NCBI GenBank assembly: GCA_030390025.1
Contig: CM059431.1
Location: 156,800,001 to 156,864,000, forward strand
Direction of reading: 5' to 3'
Length of the DNA stretch: 64,000 nucleotides
From: Squalus acanthias
Taxonomy: Eukaryota
A program made the translations under genes and the position numbers. The notes under the pieces are model-generated. The model was not told the DNA's origin. It saw nothing but the letters and a program-made list of their open reading frames with translations, and did no database searches. This document shows positions 27,384-39,899 of this stretch, piece by piece (position 1 is the stretch's first letter; each line of letters starts with the position of its first letter).

Positions 27384-29200
27384 CAGGGGAAGTTGGAGAT
27401 GTTGGTGTTCCCATGCATCTGCTGCATTCTAGATGGTAGAGGTCGCGGGTCTGGGTGGTGCTGCCGAAGAAACCTTGGCGAGTTGCTGCAGTCCATCTTA
27501 TACATGGTACAGAATGCATCACGATATGTCGGTGGTGGAGTGCCTGAATGTTGAATGTGGTTGATGGGGTGCCAATTAAGCTAGATTCTCTATCCTGGAT
27601 GGTATAGAGCTTCTTGAGTGTTGTTTGAGCTGCACTTATCCTGGCAAGTGGAGAATATTCCATCAAACTCCTGACTTGTGCATTGTAGATGGTGGGAAGG
27701 CTTTGGGGAATCAGGAGGTGAGACACTCGCCACAGCCTCTGACCTGCTCTTGTTGCCACAGTATTTTTGTAGCTGGTCCAGTTAAGTTTATGGTTAATTG
27801 TGACCCCAGGATGTTGAGGGTGGGTGATTGAGTAGGTTATTGTTGAGTAAGTGTCGCTTGACAGCACGGTCGCCGACACCTTCCATCAATTTGCTAATGA
27901 TTGAGAGTGGACTGATGGGGCGGTATTTGGCCTATTTGGATTTGTCCTACTGTTTGTAGACAGCACATACCTTTGCAGTTTTCCACATTGTCGGGTCGAT
28001 GCCAATGGTTTAGCTGTACCAGAACAGTTTGGCTAGAGGTGCGGCTAGTTCTGAACCACAAGTCTTCAGCACGACAGCTGGGATGTTGTCCGGGCCTTGG
28101 CCTTTGTTTTATCAAGTGAACTCAACCTCTTTTTGATATCACGTGAAGTGAATCGAATTGGCTGAAGACTGGTGTCTGTGATGATGAGGACCTCAGGAGG
28201 AGGCCGATATGGATCATCCACTCAGCAATTCTTGCTGAAGATGGTTGCAAACGCTTCAGATTTGTCTTTTGCACTTGCGTGATGGGCTGCACCATCATTA
28301 AGGATGGGCATATTCATGGAGCCTCCTCCTTCCGTTAGTTGCTTAATTGTCCACGACCATTCATGATTAGATGTGGTAGGTTTGCAGAGCTTTGATTTGA
28401 GCCTTTGTTTGTGGGATCGCTTTGCTCTGTTTATGGCATGCTGCTTCCGCTATTGAGCTGGCATCTAGTCCTCTGTTGCTGCTTCCCTCGGTTGGTACCT
28501 CATTTTTAGGTACGCCTGGTGCTGCTCTTGGCATGCTCTTCTGCACTCCTCATAGAACCAGGGTTGGTACGCTGGCTTGAGGTAATGGTAGAGTGGGGAA
28601 TATGCTGGGCCAGGAGGTTACAGGTTTTTTGGAGTACAATTCTGCTGCTGCTGCTGCTGAGGAGCAGTGATTCCTCAGCTGATGGAGGGCGGCAGGTGGT
28701 AATAAGTAGGAGGTTTCCTTTTGCATACTGGACCTGAAGCCTAGAGTATTCCTGGGGTCCGCAGTCAATGTAGAAAACTCCCAGGGCCACTCCTTCCCGA
28801 CTGCATACCATTGTGCCGCCACCTGTGGTTGGTCATTCCTGCCGGTAACACAAAACATACTGATGATGATGGAGGAGTCTAGGACATTGGCTGAAATATA
28901 TGATTCTTTGAGTATGACTGTTTCAGGCTGTTGCTTGACTCGTCTGTGTGACAGCACTCGCAGTTTTTTGACAAGTCCCCAGATATTAGTGAGGAGGAAT
29001 TTGCAGGGTCGACTGGGCTGGGTGTGTCTTTGTCCTGTCTGAAGCCGGTGCCGACTTTGATGTCGGCTGGCCGTGCGGTTTGAGTGTTATTATTTTTCTT
29101 GTAGCGGTTTGTTGCAACTGAGAGGCTTGCTAGGCCATTTCACAGGGCAGTTAAGAGTCAACCACATTTCTGTGTGTCTGAAGTCACCTATAGGTCAGAC
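27384..29200 (-). mobile_element. RTEX-like LINE, internally deleted, abutting the broken NACHT exon
   Basis: YNAQVRSLMEYSPL, KLNWTS; EN remnants; 5' head (GGTTGACTCTTAACTGCCCTGTGAAATGGCCTAGCAAG on minus) at ~29110-29200. Confidence 0.75.
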
Positions 29201-29224
29201 TATGTGTGGTAAATACTATGGATT

Positions 29225-29530
29225 ACCGGCCTAGTCTTCTCAAGCGTTCCTAATTGGAGACTGCCCATCCCAGGAATCAGTCTAGTGAACGTTCTTTGCA
29301 CTCCCACTCAGGCAAGTATATCTTTGCTTAAGTAAAGAACCAGATACTGTACTCAGTACTCCAGGTGTGGTCTCACCAAGGCTCTATATATTTACAGTAA
29401 GACTCCTTTACTCATGTAGTCCAATCCTTTTGTAATCAAGGCTAACATATCAGTTGCTTTCCTGAATGCTTCCTGATCCTGCATGTTAAATTTCAATGAT
29501 TCGTAGTCAAGAACACCCTGATACCCTCTG
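29225..29530 (-). mobile_element. CR1 RT fragment
   Basis: Minus strand ALVRPHLEY motif. Confidence 0.75.
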
Positions 29531-30253
29531 AATAACAAGCGCTAAAACCTGCAAATTGCAATCTGTCAAGAATCATCTTGACAGATCGTTCGCATCCACA
29601 GGAGTGGAAGCACTGCTGGCACAGATCTGCGATACTTAATCAACTACTGGCCAGCAGCTGCGGACGAAACCGCTGCGACAGATAAAAGCAGGCGAACAGC
29701 CTGCATTCTATCTGAAGAAGCAGCAGGAAGAAGATGTGGAGAGCAGCGGGCTCGGAAACGGGACATTGATAGCTGTGAACGTGAACAAAGTTCTTGTTAC
29801 AACGGCTGATTTAAGTTTCTGACATCTTTAATTTGTTAAATATTTCATTGGTTTTGGATATTGTTCTGAGGAGTGCAGGTAATGTGGACAAGATAATCAT
29901 TCTATTCAGTTAGATTTCATTTTTTATAAGTTTAAAAATGTACTTTAAAAATCTGTGCTTCACATTTAATAACGTTTAAAATAATTTTGCCAGAATATAT
30001 GAATTATCAAAATATTAACTTATGCTGTTGAACAACTTTATTTATGACTTTGTGAAAATGTTAATAGTCTTCTCGGGCGGTGATATTCGTCAGGCGGGTA
30101 TGACGGGTGGCCAATCCGATACCGTTCGTTTTGCACCACCGCCCGAGGTAAATTTCTACTCACTCACTTTTCTTTAAATGAATTTTACAACTCGTTCCAT
30201 TTTTCACTACATGTACTTCGTGTGTTTAAAGAGGAATACTGTGAGGGAGAAAC

Positions 30254-31403
30254 ATGCCTCTTGACGATGTTGCCCAGATCTTCTGTGTGATTCTGGCACA
30301 TAGTATCGAAAACGCCAGGGAACAACAAAATAGACTGATGAATCATCACCGTCGACGGATGAGCAGGAACTACTTCCCATCAGAGAGAGTGTACAAGGAG
30401 AGGCTGTCCTTTGAGATAATGTCGGAGGAGTTATGTGTGCGGAGGCTGTGATTTAGCAAAGAGGCAATCGGCCGATTATGTGACATGTTAAAGGACGTCC
30501 TTCATACAACCTCGAAGACCCGCACTGCCTCGTCTGTGTCGATAAAGGTAACCACAGCACTGAACTGCTTTGAACACAGGTCATTTCAGTCAGTGATGGA
30601 TAGTAGGTGACATTTCAAACGTCACCCAGAGCGCTCGAGGGCCTACATTAACCAGGTCACAGATGCCATATTCTGCAGGGCTACTGAGTTCATAGACTTC
30701 GACTTGTCGACTCGGCAGCAAAAGGAAAGGGCCCTTGTATTTTATAGGATTGCTGAATTCGTTAAAGTGATTGGGGCAGTCGATGTTACCCATTTTGCAT
30801 TGATGGCACCAATTGATGAACCTCTGGCATATATCAACAGGAAGGGGTATCATTCATTAAATGTAATGATCGTCTGTGATGCGCAATTCAGGATCCTAAA
30901 AGTGAATGCTAATCATCTGGGGAAGTGCTCATTACTTCGTCTTCCTCGGACTTACATGGCGCCCTCAGCACATTGTCTCCACGATCTGCATGGATATTGG
31001 TCGACAAGGGCTACCCGTTAAACCTGTGGCAGATGACACCGTAGCACAGGACCAATAATGAGGCTCAGGAGAGATACAACCAGGCACACATGTCCACACG
31101 GAATGTGGTGGAGAGGACATCGGGGTTCAGAAATCACGCTTCCGGTGCCTGAACAGGTGAGGGGGAAATTTTCAGTACACTCCTCTGAAATTGTCAAGGA
31201 TTGTGGTGCCCTGTTGCGCTTTGCACAACTTTCCCCTGTGGAAAGGACTGATCCTTAACCCTGCTTGCGAGCTCCCTGCTGAAATGGAGGATATGGACGT
31301 TGCCAATGTCCCTGTGGCCAAGTCTGATGGGGATGAGCGAAGTGCAGCCGAAAGCAAAGCTGCGAGGGAACTGCTCGTAGCCAACACGTTCACCAGGCGA
31401 TAG
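30254..31403 (+). pseudogene. Harbinger DDE transposase (HARBI1-like), disrupted
   Basis: RVYKERLSF, VIGAVDVTHF, YINRKGYHSLNVMIVCD, LVDKGYPL, YNQAHMSTRNVVER, CCALHNF; stops and frameshifts. Confidence 0.9.
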
Positions 31404-31869
31404 TGTCGCCTTGTAGCTCCCCCTCCCCCAGCAAAGCACAGAAAAGAACAGACACAATTTAAAGGGAAACAGTGAACTTTTATTGCAACATCAACGATTT
31501 TGATGCACTTTTTTGATGTTCTTAGTCTTTAAAAACAAATTGTTACCTAGCTATTTTCTACTTTGTAAACATTTGCAAAGAAAAATGGTTGATAAAAAAC
31601 TTAAACAGTTTAAATTGACATTTAGTGTTTCTTAATGCAATAAAGAAAATTCAAGATGTAAACTAGCCATTTTCTACTTTTGAAACAGTTGTATTGATAA
31701 ATTGCTTGTTAATAAAAAAGTAGATTTTTTAACGTGATTAGAGGCTATAATTTAGAAACGAAATGACTAAATAACTATCAATAACAAATATGCATTTCAA
31801 GAGATAACAGAACACCAACATTTAAATAATAGCGAACATTAAAGAATTGACAGCAATGAGCCCTCGCAT

Positions 31870-33174
31870 CTGTGCCTGATGGTCGAAGGAGGCGTACTGT
31901 GCAAAAGGTGGCACCCTACTGTCTCCTGCGCTTTCCTCTTTGCCGTGACCGGAGCCCACTCATGCCAAGTGAAAGGCCCCTGTGTACCACCTCTTGCCCT
32001 TCAGCAACTGCTGCTGCTGCTGCTGCTGCAAATGAAAGGCAACATTTTCTTCCAACCTAATTGGCGGAGCTGCTAGCTCGTGGGCCTGCAACGTGTCTGC
32101 GCTGGGAGCAGGCAAGGGGGGTGGTGCGGGATTCAAAAGAACGGCAGCCGAAGCTGTTGTTCTTAACTGCAATATTTGAACGAGAGACTAGTTAACCTGA
32201 TTAAGCGCCAGAAGAACATTGGCCCATCACATCAGAAAAGCTGCATAAGCCATGGCAAGCTCATGAACATTTGTCTGTGCAGTTGCATCGGACTGATTGA
32301 TGATCTGTCGACCTGTGTCCAAATTATTGCATATATGGCTCACAAGAAAATAAATATCCTCATTCATAGAGGGAAGAGGGTCAAGTTTCTTCGCATGAAG
32401 AGTAAACATATATTGCCTCAACCCTTCAACCTGTTGCACCTGAATTTCTATGGCATTGTGTTGCGTTAATCGTCTTGCTACTTCTCCCACGTGCTCTGCA
32501 GTATCAGGTTGGTGTCTGGCTTTGGAACGACAGTCATCTGTGCCTGGCACAGAGCCAGAGCGGCCAGGAGTTGGAGAGGTGGCGTGCAGACATCCAGGGT
32601 CCAATCTCTCCCCTTCCACTAGCTGACAATCCACAAATTCCTCCTGTTCCACCACACTTACAGCTCGCACTGCATCTGTAAGCCGTTCCCCAATGCCTTC
32701 TGTAGCCGCAGACTCTCCGCACTGTTCATCCCCTGTGTGCAAAGACAAATGTACGACTGTGGGAAGGAAACAATAAACATTTACAAATTTGAAGCGCGAA
32801 ATGCCACATCACAGAAGCTGATATTCAACACACACCTTACATTTTTGAACATACAGCTGGACAGACCAACTCACCTTTCCATACTCCAATGTCTGATTGG
32901 GCACCATATACTGAACTGCCACCACTGATTCCAAGCAAGTGTGCGGCACTTGGCTCTTGCTCGAATGATGCCAAAAGAGTGACAATACCACAACCTGTCA
33001 TGGTACGCTCTCTGGTATCATGCAAAATTTTACTCTCAATTGAAAACAGAAATGAAAATCAAACTTCAGTTTTATCTGCAGAGACCACTCACCCTCCTGC
33101 TTTGGAAAGAGGACCAGATGCTGCTTTGGAGACAGGGTATTGTTCACCAATGAAATTTCACACCTCAAATCTGT
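31870..33174 (-). pseudogene. Probable Harbinger second gene (Myb/SANT-type partner), 3' exons only
   Basis: Convergent with the transposase; splice-like ag/gtgag sites at ~33174/33092, ~32874 and ~32732; low-complexity helical/Pro-rich frame continues through stops; the Myb domain itself is not seen. Confidence 0.5.
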
Positions 33175-33366
33175 GCAGTACAGATCAGATGTTTACAAGC
33201 ACAATAGATGACCCTGACTGGCTCCAAAGCCATTATATTTTACGATTAGCTCAGATGCCTGGATAATGAAGTCACTTCACAATAGCTATGCAAATAAACA
33301 GTTTTAAAATAGTAAAGTTAAATTTTTACACATTTTACAGTTGACATTTCTAATAATTGTGCAAAT

Positions 33367-34266
33367 TGTAGGAAAGGCTGATAGATAGAGATATTTACTA
33401 GACGAGAACAATATAAATATAAATTAAATTTAAGCCATTGACCAAATAATATTACCCATAATTACTGCTGGGTAAGTAACAAGCTAAGACTTGTTCAAAA
33501 TCCAGCTGCAAAGACAGTCAAAAGCAGTTTTGACTAATTTCTGATAACAAACAGCTACACGCTGCGAGTGATGGTTAAATTTCTAAATAACATATTATGA
33601 TGCTAAGTAGAAATTAGAATGTGCTTAACAAAATTAATTGCAAAGATATTTAAAAAATAATTAATATATGGACATAAAATGAGAGAGATTCTGGAGATAA
33701 GGTATTTATCTGGTAAATTAAAGTGAGATAGTCTGGATACCTCAAGACTAGTGAAACAGCGCTGATACGGGCCCTTGGTATAAAGGCCTTGCACCAGGGA
33801 GGCAGGAAATTAAAGAGAAATGGTAAATTCCAATGGGGTGAAAAACAATATAACAGGACAGCAGGATAGGGTTGCCGTAAAAATACTGGAAAGGCGGGAT
33901 GCTACCTTTGTCTGAGTGACAATGTTATTTTGACCATTATAACCAATTATAAAAGGTGATTTTGTTAAAGACCATATATGGACACTTGCCAAGCCAACTT
34001 TTGATAAGAAAAGTGTTAAAACCTCAATAGCCAAAGAACAACTTTACACAGACGTACTGCGAGAACAAAGGAACAGCATTAAGATGACATCATCTTTGTC
34101 AGAGAGTTTCCAGAGACCTAGGGCTGCGAGCTGCTCGTTAAAATTATCGCCTAATGTTAAGTATGTATACGCTGTAAGCTTAATAAATCTTGATCTATTG
34201 CTCAAACATACTGGCTGCTGCCTATTGGTGTCTTGTCCAATAACTCAGACATGATTAAATCTTATA
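33367..34266 (+). repeat. 5' LTR (~0.9 kb)
   Basis: Starts TGTAGGAAAGGCTGATAG; CCAAT/TATAAAA at 33943-33954; AATAAA at 34182-34187; colinear with 38080-39622. Confidence 0.88.
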
Positions 34267-34269
34267 AAT

Positions 34270-34287
34270 AGGCACCCCAGATGGGAC
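34270..34287 (+). promoter_or_regulatory. Primer-binding site complementary to the tRNA-Arg(CCT) 3' end
   Basis: AGGCACCCCAGATGGGAC versus expected TGGCACCCCAGATGGGAC (17/18), located directly after the LTR. Confidence 0.8.
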
Positions 34288-34449
34288 AAGATTAAACGGC
34301 TATTATTATGTAATAGATCGGACCTCGAAAGTAGCTTCCTGTTCAGCTGCTGCTCTTGAGGAGGGATAAACCCCGTGGGGAGTGGGGAGTGCCCGTGAAT
34401 TACGCGCCGATAGGTATTGATGTTAGTGGTCTGTTAGAAAAATCACCAA

Positions 34450-34944
34450 ATGGCTAGTAAATGTTTTGTTAATGCAAATAAGAGTAAGTTAGACTGAGGC
34501 GGCTGTGCAGAGGAAGTAAAGTTATTATTGATTGAACTTTTAACCAAAGGAGACCCATTCCCCTTTGAAGAAGTGTCAAACTTTATTCCGGAACGTGTGA
34601 ATCAGGTAAAACACAATGAGTTAAGAGAGAAACATAGCCAGGTGTTTTGGCATAAAGTGCAGGAGAGAGATAGAGAGATAAAGAACGAAAAATATATAAT
34701 TTGCAGGCTGACCAACCTGAAAACTCAGCAAAGGAAGGAAAAATACAAGGATTTGGAAAGCCAGGAAAAGCTGCTGAGATACCGATTTAAAAAGAGGGAA
34801 AAAAAAGAGAAATTTAAAATTTTACCGACATGGAAGATATTAACTTCTGAGCCGAGACAAATAAAACACAAGATTTGCTGTGTGAAAGGAACCTTAAAAA
34901 ATCCTGGAATTTCAGTTTGTGTTAAAGTGTGCGTTAAAGTGTAA
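34450..34944 (+). pseudogene. gag-like N-terminal remnant of the LTR element (charged, coiled-coil-like)
   Basis: First long frame after the PBS: MASKCFVNANKSKLD*GGCAEEVKLLLIELLTKGDPFPFEEV...; one internal TGA; identity inferred from position. Confidence 0.5.
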
Positions 34945-36397
34945 AAGTTCTCCTGACTATGAATGTTTAAGAATTTACAGTGTTTTGTTTGCATGAAAGT
35001 CTGTCTTTAAAATAAAGATTCTGCTATGTGTGTTTTAGCTCCACTCACATCTCCGTGTTAAAAGCGTTTAAAACTTGTGTCTTTTCATGGATTTTGGAAG
35101 TTTTAAAAATGTGCGAATAAGATTGTTCCTTCACAATTTAAAAAAAAACTTTGATCTACAAATTAAGTTAAGCTGGTGTGTAAAAACGTAGAAGAACAAC
35201 AAAAAGTTTATTTAACAAAAGATTAAGTTCCAGTCTAAGATTTAACGTTTGAATCGCGGTTGCTATGGTGATATTTTCCAAAGCAGTTTGATTTGATTTG
35301 TTTAAAAGTGGAAAACTATTTTTACTCCAGTTATATTCAATGTTTTTACAGTATTTTAGAAAGACATCTGAAGAAAGGACAATAAGAAATATGCAATAAT
35401 TAATTTTTTTCTGCAAGCATGTACTATTTTATTTTGTTTTATCTGTTCTGTTCGTGATTAGTTAATAAAATGTTGATCTGAATTAGATTGGAATTATTAA
35501 AGGTAATTAACCTGTTAAATTGTGAAAACACAACTGTCTTTTTCGAGCGGGAAAGTTTTTTAAAATTTACTTGAAGTGACGCAATTGCATGCGCCTGACA
35601 ATGTTTCGCTCCACCTTCTTAAAATGCTGCAAAGCAGTTAACCCTTAGCACTGACAACTTTTTAGCATCACCAAGCAACAACTTTAGTATGACATTTAAA
35701 TATATTGGACATTATTACATTTAAGTTTCTTAATTTTAAGTTATTAATTCCCCACAGTGACAGAAGGAAAATTATGATCTGATTAATGAACCCTTTGGAC
35801 GCTGGGTAATGTCACAATAGATTTTCTTCTTTCTTTTGTTATATGGAAGTTACCTTGTAAACTAATTGCAGCACTTCTGTATCTAATGTTAAAACACTGT
35901 GCAAGCCACCTAGCCTGGGAATCACTTGTTTCTGAAATTGGAAATGAAAGATAAATTGATAGAAATTAAATTGAACATTGAGAAAACCTGTCAGATCAAC
36001 AATATTGCTTTTGCATTTTGGGATAATTTTGTAATATCAAAATGGAATCAGGCACTATATATCGGGGTTACTTTGGGGAAAATAAAATATCCTCTAAAAT
36101 AATGATAAATAAAAAGTGTTAATAACTTGGTCCAAGTGAGAATGTTTGATCTATGCTTTCAATCTTAAATATTGTACTGGACAGTAGAGTTCCTCTAGGC
36201 ACATGTATGAGATATGAATGGTAATTAATGGGATGTGTAAAATTGAGAGAGGAAGTGATTGAGGGTGTGAGATAGAAACAGGAGTATTACACCACCAATT
36301 GGGAATTTTGCAAACTTTCCAGTAAGAGTCAGGAAAGTTTAGTTAAGAATAGTAAATTGATAGCTTTCTCTTGGAGACTTTTGTGTCCCTGCTTACA

Positions 36398-37570
36398 ATG
36401 GACATTTTAAGAACACTCAATTTAATAGTCTGGCTATTATCCAAGGCATCAGAACCATGCGGTGAAAGATGAACAAAGACCTCCAGACAAGCTTTTGATA
36501 AGATCACCTGAAAGCCCGAGAAAGGCTTGTATCGGATGGCACTTGTGGCACGATATTGAGATACCGATATGAGTGTGCAAATGTAATTTGTTACGTATGA
36601 AGCAATTACCATCCGCAAATGCGTGTTGAATCTGCACTGAACAACAAGTATCAGACATGCTCAGTTACTTTACAACAGCAAGACATGAAATGGCTAATGT
36701 GGCTCAGGAGAGCGAGACAACATTTAAAGCATTGAGACATAATCCATCGTGAAAATATCTAATTAATGAATCAATCAGAATAGAGTTAAACACACTGGCA
36801 CCTGTTAGAGGGAATGAAATTGAATTTGAAGTGGAGAGTTACATGAAATTTGGATTGGGACAATTAAGGGCTAAGGAGTAATCATGCTTACTAAGAATTG
36901 TCCACAAGATGGATACGAGTAAAATAGATATCTGGAGAAGCTTGTAAGTTCATGATTTCTTGATTAGATGTTAAACTGTAATGTTGCTTGAAATGATTCT
37001 AAAACTGAATTTAACTGTAACTGTTTAGTTATGTTTTGTAGATAACAGAGCATGGGAAAAACAGCACGAATCCAGTATGAGGTGGTTTTGGTGGTGCTAC
37101 CTGTGTCACTACTACCGCAACCACCATGCTTTACGGGTCTAACAGGAACTGTCCCATCAACCAACATATTTTACTCAATATCAAAACCTATGCTCAAGTG
37201 AAACTGACAGTAAATGAGTTACTTAAGTATGAGCTTCACAATTATGTCTCACAATTCGGATACGACATTCCCTTGTTGTCTAATGGTTTCAGTGAGCTCG
37301 TGATGCGACTGAATTCCTCCCTAAAGCATTTTTATGATTTGGAGCAATACAACTCGAGAATGGATATTGAAATTTACCGCATAAGGGACGACACACACTG
37401 GTGGGATATTGGGCTTGATATATCAGCTCACTCTTAGGTTTGGGTTATTTCACATGCTCTGATAGTTCTCCAATTTGTAATGATAGTTTATATGATATAT
37501 ATATATTTTTTTTATCTGTGTAGTAAGACTTTGATACATATGCCAATTGTATACTCATGCCTATGACTAA
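36398..37570 (+). pseudogene. env-like membrane glycoprotein remnant
   Basis: Possible signal peptide at 36398; C-terminal frame CVTTT..YG..CP.., heptad-like helix with an NSS sequon, HWWDIG, then hydrophobic VISHALIVLQFVMIVYMIYIYFFYLC. Confidence 0.55.
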
Positions 37571-38079
37571 CCAGCACCAACAAATTAATTGAGCACATCG
37601 AAAGAGAAGCTCCGAAGCAACGTAGAGGAGACCCCAGGCGGGGTAACATAAGGAAAGATAGATGAAACGGAGGAGATCCCAGCCGGGGCAGAACTGGAAC
37701 ATCATAACAGTGAATTGAAATTAAGTAAAGGGTCCGATCAGAGCCGTTACAGCCAGATCAAAGATGCAGCAATAATAGCAGCAGGCGGAGGAGAAATGCT
37801 AGACTGGGACGCACTAGAAGGGAAGGCATAGTAGCAGGGCCGACATGATGGTTGAGCAGACCCGGGACTGACCCTCACCAATGAGAATAGGCGGTCGGCC
37901 CCTGTGAGTATCATTGTTAGCACCCAGGCCTATAATGAAAAGGGGGATAAAACCACATTTGAGAAGCGCTCCGTTCCCCTCAATTAGAGGACTCCGATTT
38001 GCAGCAACGCTTGTCAGACAATATATTGAGGTAGTCGAAGAATCAATGTTTAAAGCATTTCATCCTCGAGGTTTGGACT

Positions 38080-39622
38080 TGTACGAAAGGCTGATAGTTA
38101 GAGATACTTAGTAGACGAGAATTATATATGTATAACTTCAAGTGTAGACATTGACCAAATAATATTACCCATAATTACTCCTGGGTAAATACAAAGCTAA
38201 GACTTTGTCAAAATGCAGCTGCGCAGGACAGCCAAAAGCAGTTTTGACTAAGTTTTGATAACATACAGCCACAGACTGCAAGTGAAGGTTAAATTGCTAC
38301 AAAAAAAATTATAATGTTCAGTAGAAATTAGAATTCGCTTACCAACGTGAGGAACAGAGTGATCTGGGGGTTCATATTGACAGATCTCTGAAGGTTGCCA
38401 CTCAAGTGGATAGAGCAGTAAAGAAGGCCTATAGTGTGTTAGCGTTTATTAACAAGGGGTTTGAGTTTAAGAACCGTGAGGTTATGCTGCAACTGTACAG
38501 GACCTTGGTGAGACCTCATTTGGAATATTGTGTGCAGTTCTGGTCACCTCACTATAGGAAGGATGTGGAAGCATTGGAAAGAGTGCAAAGGAGATTTACC
38601 AGGATGCTGCCTGGGTTGGGGGGGAGGTCTTATGAGGAAAGATTGAGGGAGCTAGGTCTTTTCTCTTTAGAGCGGAGGAGGATGAGAGGCGACTTAATAG
38701 AGGTTTATAAGATGATGAGGGGGATAGATAGAGCGGATGTTCAGAGACTATTTCCTCGGGTGGATGTAGCTGTTACAAGGGGGCATAACTATAATGTGCA
38801 TGGGGGGAGATATAGAAGGGATGTCCGAGGTAGATTCTTTACTCAGAGAGTGATTGGGGTGTGGAATGGACTGCCTGCTGTGATAGTGGAGTCGGACACT
38901 TTAGGAACGTTCAAGCGGTTATTGGATAAGCACATGTAGCACCCCAGAATGATAGGGAGTGGGATAGCTTGATCTTGGTTTCGGACAATGCTCGGCACAA
39001 CATCGAGGGCCGAAGGGCCTGTACTGTGCTGTACTGTTCTATTTTCTATGTTCTATGTAAAACTAATTGCAACGAGATTCAAAAAATATTTAGTATAAGG
39101 ACATAAAATGAGAGAGATCGTGGAGATAAGGTATTTATTTGATAGATTAAAGTGAGATAGTTTGGATACCTCAAGACTAGTGAAACAGCGCTGATATGGG
39201 CCCTTGGTATAAAGGCCATGTACCAGGGAAGCTAGAAAAGAAAGAGATAAAGTAAATTCCAATGGGGTGGAAACTATGAACAGGATAATACTGAACATGG
39301 GATAGTTGGTGGAAAATTACTGGAAAGGTGGGATGCTAACTTAGTCTGAGTGACAATGGTATTTTGACCATTAGAACCAATTATAAAAGGTGATTTTGTT
39401 AAAGACCATACATGGACACTGAACAAACCAACTTTGGATAAGAAAAGGGTTAAAACCTCGACACTCAAAGAACAGCTTTACACAGACTCACTGGGAGAAC
39501 AAAGGAACAGACTTAAGACGACGTCATCTGTGTCCGAAAGGTTCCAGAGACCTAGGGCTGCGAGCTACACGTTAAAACTATCGCCTAATATTAAATATAT
39601 TAGGCTGTATGCTTAATAAATC
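38080..39622 (+). repeat. 3' LTR, interrupted by a CR1 and truncated just after its AATAAA
   Basis: Starts TGTACGAAAGGCTGATAG; matches the 5' LTR on both sides of the CR1 up to AATAAA at 39615-39620. Confidence 0.88.
38347..39057 (+). mobile_element. 5'-truncated CR1 inserted in the 3' LTR
   Basis: ORF 38406-38939 LVRPHLEYCVQFWSP; (TTCTATG)n tail; nearly identical to ~4638-5340. Confidence 0.93.
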
Positions 39623-39624
39623 AG

Positions 39625-39895
39625 AAATCATTAAAATCTTGCAACTCCATCTACCCGCCTTGGTTCTGTAACCGTTAATACCATTGCCTAGCTAAAATAT
39701 CACCAACTCAGTTTAGAAATGTCCAGTTGACTGAGCCTCAACACAATGGTTTCCGGAAAGAGTTTCATATTTCCATTGGCTTTTGTGTGAAGAAGTGCTT
39801 TCAGACATCACACCTGAACGGCGTAGCTGAAATGTTAAGTTTCTGCCCGTTTATTCAGGACTCTGCCACCAGCGGAAATAGATTTTTTCTATTAC
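39625..39895 (-). mobile_element. Old CR1 3' fragment
   Basis: Reverse complement resembles the CR1 C-terminus (RCDV*KHFFTQK...MEI). Confidence 0.6.
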
Positions 39896-39899
39896 AGCT

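Larger units (their letters stand above)
29540..33366. mobile_element. Decayed autonomous-type PIF/Harbinger DNA transposon with two convergent genes; right part interrupted by the LTR element
   Basis: HARBI1-family transposase on plus, a spliced second gene on minus, and a subterminal hairpin (~29560-29588) shared with the MITEs; TIRs not visible. Confidence 0.8.
33367..39622 (+). mobile_element. Endogenous retrovirus-like LTR element, non-autonomous (no recognisable pol)
   Basis: Paired direct repeats starting TGTA, PBS immediately after the 5' repeat, gag-like and env-like remnants, degenerate PPT position before the 3' repeat. Confidence 0.85.

Noticed and set aside
27118..27879. 253-aa ORF as a real LINE-NACHT fusion protein
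   Set aside because: Chance read-through from RTEX-like sequence into the broken NACHT exon, which stops at 27118 and lacks the Walker motifs
30254..31403. Domesticated host gene HARBI1
   Set aside because: Multiple stops and frameshifts, a convergent partner gene and MITE-shared subterminal sequence indicate a dead transposon
32008..32030. Poly-Gln/Ala (CTG)n tract as a functional repeat (also at ~28642-28660)
   Set aside because: Short microsatellites inside dead transposon sequence
34950..36390. pol gene of the LTR element
   Set aside because: I could find no protease, YXDD, RNase H or integrase motifs; the region is AT-rich and stop-filled
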